This document shows positions 1-14,300 of a stretch of 64,000 bases of DNA, piece after piece (position 1 is the first letter of the stretch; each line of letters begins with the position of its first letter). The notes beneath the pieces were generated by a model. The model did no database searches and was not told the DNA's origin. It saw only the letters and a program-made list of their open reading frames with translations. The position numbers were made by a program, and so were the translations under genes. Source of the DNA: Selaginella moellendorffii (taxonomy: Eukaryota > Plantae > Lycopodiophyta). Location: positions 1,633,476-1,697,475 of the forward strand of contig NW_003314279.1 in assembly GCF_000143415.4 (NCBI RefSeq), written 5' to 3'.

Positions 1-859
1 TATTAATTTGAGCCAATTTGTGGCCAATGTAATGAACTTGGCCATAATTCATGTACTTGTAGACAATCCATTTGATTATGTTGAATTTATCATGTTTTAT
101 TTAATTAATAAGTTAACTCAATTATTTCATTTACCCTAAATTAAATAATTTTCCCTAATTATCAATTTAAAAAAATATTTGAAATATAATGGGATTCTGA
201 TCCACCTCTTCTTCTATATAACCTAGGGTTTTGAACTAATATAAATATACATATTATACATAGGAGATGAAAGGCAATATTAAGAGTAATTGAATTTATG
301 TTTTTTTTTTAATTTAACTTTTACATTATTTAGATTTATCTTGTTCTCGTAAATTTTTCCATTTCTTTTTTATTGCTCTCTTTCATCAAGAGGTTCATTC
401 AATACCTATTTAATCATATGTTTACTTTCCAATTTTTTTATAATAAGAGGTCTATCCTTTTTTGTGTTTCCTGATATGAATTTAAATTTATCTTGTATTG
501 CTCTGTCTGTTACTATATATTATTATCTACATTTGCATCATATGGTAAAGTTAGTCTTCATTCTCTATAGCAACAGTTATATGTATATGTGTAGCATAAG
601 ACAAATTTAATTGTGTGATCATGAATTTGAGTTTAAATTATTATTGATAGTGTTAAGTCAAAATTTTATTATATGATTGTTTGATTTGAATAATACTTTT
701 GCAACTTTCCAGTGGATAATAGATAAGTTTCTCCACAATATACTAGAAATGACTACTAACATTATTGTTCATGCTTTAATCCATGTATGTTTATAATATC
801 TAAAAGGTTTTAAATTAATTATGTCAAATTGATTTGAAACTAAAGTAGTCTAATTTCTT

Positions 860-1500
860 GTTTATATCCCAAGATTTATCTTGGGTATTGCATTTCTCAC
901 AAAAACATACAAGTTGATCCTGACAAATTTATAATTATTTTAAATTTTGATAGTAGAATCAATTATAGTTTCCCATTTATTTGTGTTGATAGTGTTTGAT
1001 TTAATAAGGTTTTTTTGTGGTTGAATACTGCTAATCCAACTATTCAACCCATTAATAGAAGTTTTATTTGCAATTGTTGTTTGATATTTTTTGTCAAATG
1101 ATGTTCCAAAGACAATGGATCAAATAATGATTCCACACATATGGTTGAAGTATTTTATATTTTAATATCTCAATTAGGGATACACCCACGTTATTTATTA
1201 ATAAATAATATTTTTAATGGAATAATTCATTATGAGCTTCAAAGGGATGATTTCAAAGTATATAGAATTTTAATATACAAAATTGTGATGCTTATATATT
1301 ATCTTTCTAGCTCACATATATTATAGGGGTGTAAGTTTTGTTGATGTTTCATTATAAAAACTCATATATAGTCATAATTTTATATTACTAATGTAGTTAG
1401 TTTATATTTATGATAGTGGATAATGTTAGGTTTTGGGATTAGTATTTAACAAGCATTTTTCCATAGGTCCAAGTAAATTTTTTTAAACACTTAAACATAT
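860..1500 (+). mobile_element. Highly decayed Ty3/gypsy pol remnant
   Basis: 877-927 translates as YLGYCISHKNIQVDPDK, resembling the RT C-terminal FLGHxISxxGIxVDPxK motif, followed by an FPFICVDS-like RNase H start. The rest is AT-rich and full of stops; boundaries are approximate. Confidence 0.35.
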
Positions 1501-4500
1501 AAATTTATACTTCCCAATCTTATAGTGCTTAGTTTGTTTAAAAGGTTTTCTGCCCAATAGAAGGGATTATCAAGTATTATAGCAAGTTGAATTATGTTTA
1601 TAAGATTTAACATGACATTTAGGAAATCAATCTTTTAGAAATTATATATATGTAACAATTAAACCACTTTACAAAAGGATCATGAATAACTTATACTATC
1701 TATGGATGCACTAGTGCCTCCTCTTGATATTTTTTTAGCATTGACTATCATTCTAAAAGGAGTTATATTATTGTATATTATTAATAATGTAGTGAAACTT
1801 TAATAGATACTGGATTGAATTCAATTTAAACCACTTGCTATTCTAAAACAATTAGCTAAATAATTTAATTATGAATTTCCCACACGATTTCAAAACTAAA
1901 ATTTCAAATCCCCAACTGTAGTGTGGCAATAGAGAGATTGCATTAGATCTCTTCTCTGCAATAAAGTGCTAAGGATTAGTTAAATAAATATTTAGAATAA
2001 ACCAATATCTTATGTTAAGGTGGGTTCCATACATCCTTCACTTGGAAATTTCTCCACCATGGAAAAAAAACTCCCCCCTTTTAAAATTTTGAGGTTACAT
2101 GTAACTCTGTTTTACTAATATGAATGTATGATTAAAAAATCAAAACATGGCAAGGTGAAGTTTCCAATTCAATTTTATACCATAATTTTTCAAAAATATA
2201 TTAATAAACTAGCAAAGAATCCAGCTCTTCTGGCCTATAAAAATAAATTTGTAATGATGTCTTACTAAGATAGAAACATTGTTAAAAATAATCTTGTAAA
2301 TCTTTTTAAAGTACATAAATAACATATGAAATAAATTACATGTTGATTTTCATGATCTGCTCAAAATCTTCATTTGGTAAAATAAAAAATAATAATGAAG
2401 TTTTTATAAGTGAAATTTAATAATAAATCTATGTCCAAATAAACTAAATTGCTGACTTTTAAAATTAACTCAGAGATATTTATATCACTTTTTAGTAAAA
2501 ATAAATCAATATATACAAAATATTATATATACAGCTTAACAAACTCCCATGTATACTTTAAAAATTAAAGATGTGCATATTCATAAAAGTCTAGATAATT
2601 ATATTAGTTTCTTATAAACATTATTATCTAGTTATTATAAACATTTAAAAGCTTGAATTTAATTAGTTTAACTTCACATAAAATATTTTGAAGTAATATA
2701 TGTTTTCAAACTCTTGAACTTTTAAATTTGAGTTGTTAGAGTCAATTTCCTAAGTGTCTCCGACACCTTGCATTGCACATATTGCATAACTCCACTTCCC
2801 ATCTTTGGAAATTCTCTATTTTAAGGGCACCATCATCTTCTTTCCCATTTTGTATGACTTTTGGCCCCAAGTTCTAGTTATCCTAAGGCTGTTCACATCC
2901 CTATCATTTGGCTACTTTACCGCTCCCTGCCTTTGGAGCTTCCACTTTCGCCAAATTGGAGCAATTGGGAATTTATTCATCGAAATACATATTGCCTTTC
3001 CCATAATTCGTTAGCACTCAACACATTAGTGTTCTTGGCCTAACTTTGCGTTTTGGATTCTTTCCCATGATTCCTATAGCTCTTTTCTTAGCCACTAGTC
3101 TTTTGCTCCTATCCTTGATTGTTGCACCTAACAACATTGGATCGTTACCTCCATTTTTGAGATATCCTTTTGGTTCCATAGCAAAGACTTTGCTTTACTA
3201 AATTCAGAGGGTGTTTACCCCTAATATGTCTCTTTATCATTTTTTTTGCTATGGCTTTATTCATAACCTAATTTAGTGACCCTCCCATAGGTCTTTTATA
3301 GAGACTACTTTCTTCTAACTCACTATACCATCGCATGGATATAGCTTATTTCCCTTAGGTGTTTTTCCCATTTGGTTATCTTGACCAAGTGCTACCCTCA
3401 TAAACAGTTCAAATCAACACTTTGAACCAGGAACTTCATTCCTTAGCCAACCAAAGACCTTGTCCTTATTTAGTCAGAAGATCACCTAGTGATCTCACCT
3501 TGGCACCTTAATAGAGTTGCCAAGAGGTATTTGGTTTTCTAGACCTTCAAGTTGTTGACCATGACCCCGGGGGCATCCCCCACACTTGGCAGTGCACCCA
3601 AGCCAACCCTTACGGCTAATGGTCCATAGCAACTAAGACTAGATGTCCCCATCTCATTCACCACGCCCTTGGTGCCACTCGCACCAAGGTGTTCAAGTTA
3701 GATATGCCGAGCCCAACTAAGCAATCTAACCGTGCATCATGACTTTAAGGCATCCCTCGTTTGGCGGTGTGCCCAAACCAGTCTCCTCACTAAGAGTCCA
3801 TGACCACCGAAAAATGAGTGTCCTCATATTCCAAACCATCACCACGCTTTAGTGATTTGGGACTCGAACCCAAGCACTAGAGGGTCGAGACTCGAACCCA
3901 ACCTCCGTATATGCATCTACAGATGGCATTGCACAGTATGCCTGGTGTGACTCCTTACGTCGGTGCACCAACATGTACTTAAAGCGTGTTATAGATCACA
4001 GCTTAGGAACCTAGTTCCTCCGCACTACCAAGTCTTCTCACTTGACAAGTCTATGATCATGCATGGACTCCTCCATGCTTGGCCCAATGGGCCACCCCTT
4101 TTGAAGTTAGCACCTTTAACTAGGGGATTTGTCCCCCTGACTTGCCAATCTCGCTTCGCAAGTCATCCGGCCACTGTAACATGGTTCATGCATAAGCGTG
4201 AAAATCTTTAACCATCGACTTTCGTTCAAAGCCCTCTCTTTGAACACTCGGGAACTACTTCCCCAACCTTGATAGCCTCGCTTCATGACCAGCTTCAAGA
4301 CCATGCTTCTGCTATGCCACTCTGATTTCGCGCGCTCTAGGAACCATTTACGCTTGGCTTTCTAAGTACTTACCTACCTAGAATTGTCTTTGGGAACCTT
4401 CAAGGAACTCTGTTTCTTAGCTTGCTAAGGCTTCTCCTTTGCAAGCTCCCTACTCACCATATGGTCTAATATGGACGATTCCACATTTTAAACTTTCTAT

Positions 4501-6447
4501 GGCATTGCAGTTGCTAGTAACAACATCCTCGAGCACCCTCTTGATTCTCCACTCCCATCTTGTATAACCACCGTTGGTTATGCCCTTCGATTTCTATGGT
4601 TCAATTCCATCCCAATACTACTTGCCTTTTGGCCTCATATGTTTCCTTTGGTTATTCTTCTCCAAACTAGGAGGATAGCTTTGCACATTCTACTATGCCT
4701 TAGTAAGTATTCATAAGGATGAACTTACCCAATAACTTAGGGAGTGGTTCCTCAATCTAGGCATACTCACCTTATAATCCCACACACCGGGGTTACCGTT
4801 GTTACTTATGCGCCTCCATATACCCATCACTAGCCTTGCCAAAATCTCATTTCTGGCTTTGTCGAAATTGGGTAGACGGATTCCTCCCATCTCCACAACC
4901 TTGGACGTTTGGATGGCACATCTTATCCATCATTTGCTAAGGACTTAGTCCTTTAGGCTTTATCTAATGCCCTTGCGACATCAAACACCACTTCCTGGTG
5001 TTTTAAAGTGTTTGGGTGTCCCAATGATGGTCTTCTTTGGCAATGAGCATTCCCTTTATGACATTAACTTACTATATTGCAACATAAACAGCTTCTCCCC
5101 CATAAGGGTATATTTAACTTCCTTATCCCAATAAGAAGTCTTAGGTAGCTACCTTCTACTAGTTTAACTAATTATTTTGCACTTTTTGCTTAGTTGCCTC
5201 ATAGTTGTCAAGTCCTACAACTCATTGCTTAGTGCTTCCACATCTCCATCATTATCTGGGTCACCACACTCTAATCGCATGCCTTCCAGCTTAAGCCATG
5301 CCATTCCCATTTCCATTATGATTCCTCTGGGAAGGGGTTCTTATAAACCCACCAACTTGACCTCAATGCAACATGCCTTGGCACATTCGGTGTCTCCACA
5401 CCCTCGGCTCTACAAGACTACCTTTATGACACTCCCCACTTGTGTCAGGGTCTTTGCCAAGACCAAAGTAGTCTTTTTTTATGCCAACTATCAGTTAGCA
5501 CTGCACCATAGTGTTCACACACAACTCTATACCAAAATTGCTTTCTTTTTGGGGAACACCTTTCCCACAACTTTAGCATGGCACATTTTGCCATCGATGA
5601 GATACCCTTTTGTTCTCATACTTGGATCCTATGATCCCTCCTCATCCTTCGTGGGGTACAACACATCTCAGTCCAAATGCTTCCATTAATACTTTAAGAT
5701 TATTTCTTGATTCTATTTGAGTCATCTAGCTTTTTGGACTTTGTCATCCGACAACCCGTGAAGTCCTACCTTTGAGGTGCTAGCTCACTGGAATATAACT
5801 TCTTGTATTCATGTCCTGCTCACAAGGACCATCTTTGCAAGTGTTATTCTGACACTTGATTTTTTCTCTTGGGGCAACCTTTTGCCCCTTAGGACCACTT
5901 GTCCATGTGATGAGAATACCAACTCATCCTCTAAATACACCCCCAACTCCTTGGGTTGTTCCAGCATTTATTAAAGGTAGCCCTGGCTACCATTTCAAGG
6001 ACTTGTGTCCTTTTCTATATTTGACCTCCCATAGTCATCAATTCAGGTCTAAAAGTTATGAGCACCAGCTTCAACTATATGAGGGTAATTTTGTGACTCC
6101 TTTATTATTTTGGAGTCTCTATCTTCCCCGTGATCCCAACTATAGTTGTTTACCACAACTACCTTAGCCAGTTTGCTAAGTCAAACACTCATCTGAATCA
6201 CATCCTCAACTCTCTAAGGAAACCCTTATATTGTTCCTAAGATCCCAAAGTTGTTCTATTATTGGCCCTTTTCTATCAACCATCTCACCTACAAGTTCAC
6301 ACATGAACTATAGTGGAGAGCCATGTCTTCCCGACCTGCTACTCCTCACAGATAAGCCCACTCCTAGGACCTTCTGATGCTAACACCAATGGTGATATAC
6401 TTGAGCACCAATAACAGTCGAACTAAGGAACAACTTCGATACTAAGT

Positions 6448-7962
6448 TGTAAGTGACTAAATTTTCCATTTTACTTTAGTCATTTAACCACACCTCCGAC
6501 CACTTGGAGGAGTCTCACTCACAACCTCCATAGGTCTTATTTTGGGCTTAGGGACTTATTAGCCCCCAAGAATGGCATCCATGCCACTCAACCATTGCAC
6601 TTGGTCCAAGTGCCCTATGTGTCCGATCCCATGATCGACACCCCAAGGTACCATCGACATATCAACCCGTTATGCTAAGGCCATGCCTATTCACCTTGGT
6701 CATATCAGTGGTCTGACACCACCTACATTACAGTCCTATCTCTCAAAGACTGAGTCATCCATCCATGAGTGATCATCCCAAATCCACTCCTTAGCATCCT
6801 TAGGATGCCCACAGACATAGGGAATAGCCTTCCCCAACATCCCTTTTCCGGTCTCCACTAAGTCCCTTTCCGCCCATGGCCGTGTTTGCCAACATTGCCA
6901 CTGGATTGAGGCCCACAGGCCCAACCACTAAGTCCCATGGTCCTTTAGGACTTCCTCACCACCTGATTGTATCCTTGGTCACTACACCAGAGGACTACTC
7001 CTCTTCCTTTCCACAGTCTGGGCCTTTGGGACAACATTTCAGAACACCGTGGCCCTACGCGGGCCTTAGGTACTCTCCCCACCTTCCGCTTTTGGGTGCT
7101 CTAGCCATGGGCTTAGAGTGAGGTTCCGTTAAGCCATGCTAGGTATCCAAGTAGGTAGTGCCACCCACACTTGGACTGGGAACATCGGCCAGTCGATCTC
7201 CCGGGGGAACTAGAGCCGGCTCTTGAACACTTCACCAAGCTACCCCGCTTGTCGGTCCGTGTTCACTCTAGTGTTGGACTTCCCAGTGGGCAGCTTATCA
7301 CCCAACACTGGGTACAACCTTCCTGGGCCAAACTGGCCTTTCCTGGCCAAACTGGCTCTACTGCAGTCCTCCCCCTTACTATACTTTTGGAGCTCACCAA
7401 ACCCCCCAGGGTCTGGGAGACGAACGCTTTGGGCTTTCACCCTCTTAGACTCGGACTTGGACTCGGACTCAGACTCAGACTCGGTCTCGGTCTCGGTCTC
7501 GGTCCCGGTCCCGGTCCTGGTCTCGGTCTTGGTCCCAGTCTCTGTCTCGGTCTCGGTCCCGGTCTCGGTCTCGGTCTCGACTTCGGACTCCGTCTCGGGT
7601 CCTTCTCGGACTCCATCTTGGATTCCATCTCGGGTCCATCTCAGACTCCATCTCGGGTCCATTTCAGACTCCATCTTGGGTTTATCTCGAACTCCATCTC
7701 GGACTCCACCTCTAACTCCATCTCGGACACTTCCACGTGTCATGTTTTGGTCCTCTTGTGTCCCCTTTTCTAGAGACTCACTCATGGCTCGCCTCGTGCT
7801 TGTTCCTCGAGCACTTCATTGGGAGTTCCACTCCCACTCTCAACCTTTTCAAGTCAGAGTTTTTAGTCCAAATGTGTTACGCTCGTTTGGCTTTTGCTTT
7901 GGCCACTACCACGTGGCACCCTTTTGGCTCCACTTTGGGGCCTAGAGATTTTGTGTCTCACA
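6448..7962 (-). repeat. LTR of LARD copy A
   Basis: Minus strand begins TGTGAGACACAAAATC and ends ACTTACA; homologous to 31611-33326, 55700-57384 and 61538-63321. Confidence 0.9.
7445..7730. repeat. GAGACC/GAGTCC hexamer and GAGATGGAGTCC/GAGATGGACCC 11-12-mer tandem array inside LTR
   Basis: Directly visible tandem units. The same array occurs in every LTR of the family and produces spurious low-complexity ORFs. Confidence 0.9.
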
Positions 7963-9611
7963 TGGCAATTAGAGAAGTTAGCAATTCCATCTTTAAGAGA
8001 AAGAGGGTAATCCATGAGTTGCATTCCATTGCTTTCAAGAACAATATTAGCAAAGATCATTACATGTCTAGGGTGGAAGCTATGGAGTACATGTTGAGCT
8101 ATGCCCAAGTAGAAAAAGAGGATGCATGACATTAAGGATGCAAAAGTAGATCCTATGAAGCTTTTGAAACTTTAGATTTGTTTAAATAGAGAACAAAAGA
8201 ATTCACCCATCTATACAAAATAGAAGCACTTACAAAGAACATAAGCAATTGGAGTTTATGTAAATGCTGTGGAGGCATTTGCATAGTAGCTACATATGGA
8301 TGTCAACATATTTAAATATGGATCAAACTCCAAATTTTATGTATTTTTGCTCTCAACTAATGTGAATAAACAACCTTACTCCTCAATAGTGTTCACCTTT
8401 GTATAAAACAGGGGTGTATTTCCATATTTAGAGCCTACACATCGCTTTATTAAGTAGTCAATCTATATATTTGTTCTACAGATAAAATTGAGATGTAAAA
8501 TGAAAACTGAATCTAATGAGTGGTGCTCATAATATTAATTCATGCTTATAAACAAAATAAATTACCCCATTAAAATTACCTTTTCTTCTTCTTCTTTTTA
8601 GTATTGTAGCCTATATGCTATGCATGCTTGTCTAGTCATTTGCAAATTTGATGATGTGTGTAGCAGCCAGAAGTAAAAGCCACAATCACATAGTCAACTT
8701 GCAAGAGTTTATAAATGAAAAATACTTTTAAAACTATAGGGAAAACCATTACATTTTGGCAATACTCGTTTGTTTATTGCATTATTCTAGATTCTCAAGA
8801 ACTACCTATATTGTCAAGCCTTGTGTGAAAGGGATGGAGTGTATTCCTATACTTGATGCTAATCACATATACTTTCAACAACCTTGAGTGTAAAAAGCAT
8901 CTCTTCCTTGTAAAGCTCTCTTGCCTGATTAGTAAAGATATATCATCAAGTTCTCTATAAAGTGTAAACACTACATTGCCATAAATAATAATCATCTATA
9001 TCAATGCTTGGTTCACACTTGTATTTCTCTAGGTCCTATAACAAGTTCACCTAGGTAAAAAAAGGTTATATGAGTTAATAGGACTGTAATCTTGATTTTG
9101 TGTCTAAATGAAAAGCTCCTCGACCTTTCCAAATGAGCTATATAATCATTTATCAAGATGTTGAAAGTTTCCTAGTTCAGAATGTAAAAAGCCTCTTACA
9201 TCTAGTTCTTAGCATCTTTTATATTCAAGTTTTTCTTATAAACATCAATCAAAAGATTGTAATAGCCATGATTTATCTGGAAAGTCATGCTTTACATCAC
9301 CCACAACACAAATAATTATAAAAAAGAAAGATTCATAAAAGTTGCAATGGAAGAACACTACAACCTATGTAACAAGAGACTAGACTTATGCATTTATGTA
9401 ACAAGAACGTTAATGTGACCTTTAGGTAGGTGTCCAAATAGCTAAGGCATCTTCTTTCAATATAGAACTTGTGCCAGAAAACCTGTTGCTATCTATACAA
9501 GAAAGATCAAAGTTCAAGAGAAGAGAAGAAAAATAAGAGAAAAGAAGAAGAGAAAAAAAAAAAAAGAAAAGCAAGGTGTTTATACATAAGTGGATGTTCT
9601 CTAAGTAGCTG

Positions 9612-10930
9612 TCTGGATTCGGAACCACCACATGCCGATCGAACCGACCAGGACGGACAAGCGCCTTGTCGTGAGATTCGGGGAAGTTCGTAGCGGCGAT
9701 CACTATGATGCCTTCGTTTTGCTTGAAACCGTCCAGCTCCACCAACAGCTGGTTCAGTGCGCTTCTTCGCAGCTGCGAATAAGTCCCGCACTCGCCAAGC
9801 ACCAACTCCGACGAACATTTCCTCGAACTCGCTCCAGCTGCAATAGAAAAACGGTACCACTGCTTCACCAGCAATTGCCAGAGCCAGCATCTCTTTCCTG
9901 TTCCAGGAGGCCCAACCAGAAGGACGCCTTTCGGTAGCTTGCCACCTAGACGGGTAAATTTCTGCAAAGAAGCAACCGAGACTGGAGTTACAAACCGGAG
10001 AAACACGAAAGAAAAATAGATAAAGCAATGACCTTTGGATCCCAAAGATGGTGAACAATCTCCTCCAACTCCGCTTTGGCTTCGTCGACTCTTTTCACGT
10101 CACTGAACTTGGTATTAGACTCCAAGCTTGGCTGTACCTCCTCATTGAGACCCAGCCCTGCCAGGAACCAGGGGCGTGAGTAAGACCTCCTTTCCTATAC
10201 AGACAAGGATGCCAGTTCAACACGTAGGCAAGACCTTAAAACAAACGCATCCATGCATTGCAAGCCATCCTCTACGATGCTTACCTTTGCTGAGGCCCTT
10301 GTCCTTGACAATGGCCCCAACGCCAGAGAGAAGTAGAAAGCCCAGAGCCAAGGTTCGAACAGTCCGCCACACTTGAACTCTAAAACGTCCTTCGGACGTG
10401 ACCATGTGGATTGGCGCACTGGGAGAGCCCAAAATTCCGTCTTTCGTGGCTGTTCCTACTGCCGGAAACGCCGAAGACATGATCGGTCGCGCCTCAGCTT
10501 GAAAACTTCCTAGCGATGCAGTTGCTCCTACACGGTTTAAAAGAAAATAGGAGGATCAGATCCGATAAAGAAAGAGTTACAGCGTTTACCTCTTTGCAGC
10601 GTTTTCAACAAGGCACTGTCATCGAGCCTATCGACCTTGACGAGAGCTTTGAGATACTCGGCCAAAGCACTGGCGCTGCGCTGCGGAAGTGGTCTACCCT
10701 CGGGATCCACCTCGTTAAGATCTCTTAGAAACTTCACTTGTTTCTCCTGAGCATCGGGCCCTCCTTCTCTCTCCAGCTGCTCCAGCCTTCTCGAGAAATT
10801 GCTTGTGTAGCTGGACATGCAGCGTCTCTTGAAATTCAAGCATCATTAGCAACGGGAAGAGGACGAGGGAAATCGGATAGAAAAATGCCTGCATCCAGCT
10901 GCTTCAACACAATCGCGCGTCCCAGCCCAT
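9612..10930 (-). pseudogene. FTSH4: FtsH4-like mitochondrial i-AAA metalloprotease pseudogene
   Basis: Exons encode [53 protein letters not shown] and [27 protein letters not shown]...[15 protein letters not shown]. There is a frameshift after Walker A, the Walker B segment is deleted, and the sequence stops before the M41 peptidase domain. Confidence 0.85.
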
Positions 10931-11374
10931 ACAAGGATGCCGCCGACACCATCTGCTTGGCGGAGGAGTCTTCCTGTGGTCGAAATCCGCGGGCAATCAG
11001 CGCGGGCGCTAAGCCCTAATGGGAGAGAGGAAAGAGAGCGCCATTTCTCCCGCTCCGAGCTCCCAAAATTGATCCTTCACGTGCTAGGACGCCCTGGCAG
11101 CCACCGCCTCCGCCAGAAGTCCCCAAACTATCACGCGTTTCAATTCCCCCTTAATTTCGTGGCATATTCTCCCGCGTGAGACGGAAGATTCTAAAAGTAC
11201 ACATTAAAAAAAAAAAAAAAAAACCCAGCCTTTTGGCTGGTTATATAATACAAAGAAAACTGTACATTCTCTTCATTGTAAAAAATGTGGTGATGCCCCT
11301 GGAGCTATCGTTATGGGGGCAGCACTGAGTTTCTTCGTTCTTTAGAATTTCTTCCACGAAAACCAGTTGATCGA

Positions 11375-14300
11375 TCATCGATTCTGGAAGTTGAAAACTT
11401 TGATGCAGATGGCAAAGCACACCGCGAAGACGACGACGAGGCCGACGTGAACTCCGGCCACGACGCCCAAGAAGTCGTGCCTGAACCCAAAGTAGGACCT
11501 CAAGAAGCCCTCCACGGTCGTCTCTTCGCCGTCGGCCCGGAACAACGGCGTGGTGACATCTCCAAGCTGAGACGTGAGGAGGCCGTAGAGAGACCACGCC
11601 GCTGGCGAGGCCCAGTAGTACCACCTCCACCACACTGGAATCGCCTGAGAGACAAACCAAAGTGTTAGGGAATCGCAAAAGAAATGTGTGGAATTCATGA
11701 ACTTACGGGTCGAGGGATGATGAAGCCAGAGAACAGGTTCCAGATTCCGTAGAATGCCGTGGATACGATGGTTGCAATCTGGTCGTTGGGTGTCAGCGCC
11801 ACCGTCACCATGCCGTAGAGCGTGTAGTAGAGGAACGTCATGTACAAGAAGAAGAGGAACCACAAGAACTTGGCTGCTGTCCATTCCAGCTGCATCGTCG
11901 CGTACACAATGAGTCCATACGCGAAGGCTTGCACGAACACGTAGGGAATCTCGATCAGGACCTGGACGCACGGAGTTTTCCTTGATGAGTCAAACGAAAT
12001 CTGAAGAGTCGGATGTATGCTTTACCTGAGCAAAAGCATATGGAAGGGGAGAGTACATTCCAGCGGCTCTTTCTCGATAGTAGACCGTTCGCTCGATAGC
12101 AACGACTGGCTGCACTCCTGACGAATTGCTGAACCCAATGAAGAGCACAGCAGCGTATATAGATCCCATCAGATTAAAGAGGTCTTGTTCTCGTGATCTG
12201 CTCACGAGAGAAAGGCAGGAGTCAGAACCAACGCTCGATTGAACTACACAACGTTTACCTTTTCGAGCCGATGTCCCAAAACATTGTGCCAAATATTATC
12301 GCGACAACCAAGGTGAAGAACATGCGAACCAGAACGTAGTATGGATTTTTCCAGTATGACTGATGTTGTTTCCACAAGCATCCCATGACCTGTCCGAGGA
12401 ACGACAGAGGGTATTGCGTTGGAAACCATATGTCCTCCGTGCCGGGAACCGGAGTGCTCAGCTGAGTAATAATAGCTTCATTGTGCCTAGACACACCAGT
12501 GGTTTAGCCAAGAAAGAGATAATGGTCAAGTGTGCTTACTGGTAGACTGGAGAAGTTTTATAGATGTCCGCAAAATCTACTCCCAGACGATTCTCCACGT
12601 CTGCAGCGGTAACCTCTAACATCCATGTAGCTGGATTGTATCCTTCTCTTATGTTAGGAACACCGCTGATACCCTGGGGAAATTAATCCATATAAATCAT
12701 CTCAAGTCTGCAAGAACAAAGCAAGCGACTTACCTGGAAGTATTCAACAAGTTTGTGCGAGTTCTTTCCCAAGGAACCTGCGTAGATAACGCGCCCTCCG
12801 CGTTTCATCAACAGAAGCTGGAGAAAGCAGGCAGGTTTTCAAGAGAGTTTGCAAGGTAATAATCCCGTACCTCATCGAAGGCCTCAAAAATGTCAATGCT
12901 AGGCTGATGAATGGTGCAGACGACAGTGCGACCGGTGTCGACAGTGTTGCGGACCGTTCTCATGACAATTGCTGCCGCTCGTGCATCCAGTCCGGAAGTT
13001 GGCTCGTCCATGAAAATAATTGAAGGATTTGCAACGAGCTCCACGGCAATTGTCAGTCGTTTCCGCTGCTCGGTCGAAAGTCCATCAACTCCAGGGAGAC
13101 CAACCAACGCATCCCGGAGAGGGTTAAGCTCTACAAGCTCCATAACTTCTTCCACAAACATCTGTTCCAAAACTCACCTTAGCAAACTTGACTACGAAAA
13201 ACATCTCTCTCCTTACCTTTTTCGTCCCCTTATCAATGTCATCCGATAGTCGGAGCCAAGCAGAATAAACCAGTGACTCGTACACTGTAACGTTGGGTGA
13301 ATGAATGTCAGTTTGTTCGCAATAACCCGAAATCCTAGCAAAAGTAGCCTGGTTTTTGGGATAGCCGGAGATGCGAATGTCGCCTTCAATGTAGCCACCA
13401 GTTTTACGCCCGGCTAAAACATCCATGAGAGTTGTCTTTCCAGCACCGCTTACACCGACAAGAGCCGTGAGGACTCCAGGCCTGAAGCTACTGCTTACGT
13501 CGTGCAGCAACTGTAATCTATTTTCTGTCACGCCTTGTTGCTTCATTTCCTGTTACAAGTGCATTAGAACTCAATATCCTACAAAGGAAATGCGTAAAAG
13601 CATACCGCGGGCATGTCAACGTAGTAGTTAACATGATTGAATGACATTGCTAAAGGTTGAAACGGGAGTATCATTCCCCTTTTAGAATCGGCACCCATTC
13701 GACCAGACGTAAGCTCCAAATCTCCTGGCATTCGATGTTAGACCATATAATGAAATTTGTGATGGCACCATTACCTGCATTAGAAGATCTGCCCGATCGC
13801 TTTGATTTTGCACGCACTGATCTTTCTGAGACTTCGCCGGTACGGTTCACGTTCTGCTCTTCTAGTATTTCCTCAGACACTACGGCCTGCGGTTTTCCAG
13901 GAGCTGTTTAAATAGAAAAAATGAGTACCTACATGGAGAAAAGAAATAGATTCCTACGTACCGCTGAAGTAAGCGAGTGCCAAAGTGAAAACAACGTTGA
14001 AGAGAATGGCATAAGCCAACTGAGCACCAGTTCCAAGCCAATACCAGTTTTTATTGGGGAACAGGCCTCGAGACTCTAGAACTTGGTTGCCAACGGTGGT
14101 GGTCTGATTGGCATTTTCGAGAATCTGCCATCTTGATGCACTGAACTCGTTCACGGCAAGCGCATTCTGTGCGTACATCATGGGCGACGACCAATATCCC
14201 CAAATCCACCAAGGTTCAACGTCCTCTGGAAATTAAAGACCATTATAAGTTGTGCTACCTGAGTATAGTCAATGGATTACCTCTAGAAAGAAGAAAACCA

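Larger units (their letters stand above)
2715..7962 (-). mobile_element. Non-autonomous LTR element (LARD-type), copy A: 5' LTR plus internal region, 3' end truncated
   Basis: Reverse-complement match to the intact copy at 55700-63321. LTR 6448-7962 has TG...CA ends with a degenerate PBS beside it at about 6433-6444. Internal homology fades near 2715. No retroelement ORF. Confidence 0.9.

Noticed and set aside
7171-7945. Long overlapping ORFs (also 32403-33310, 55810-56612, 61656-62549) with ET/SR/GL/WSPR repeats
   Set aside because: They are open in many frames because the LTR tandem arrays lack stops; no domain content.
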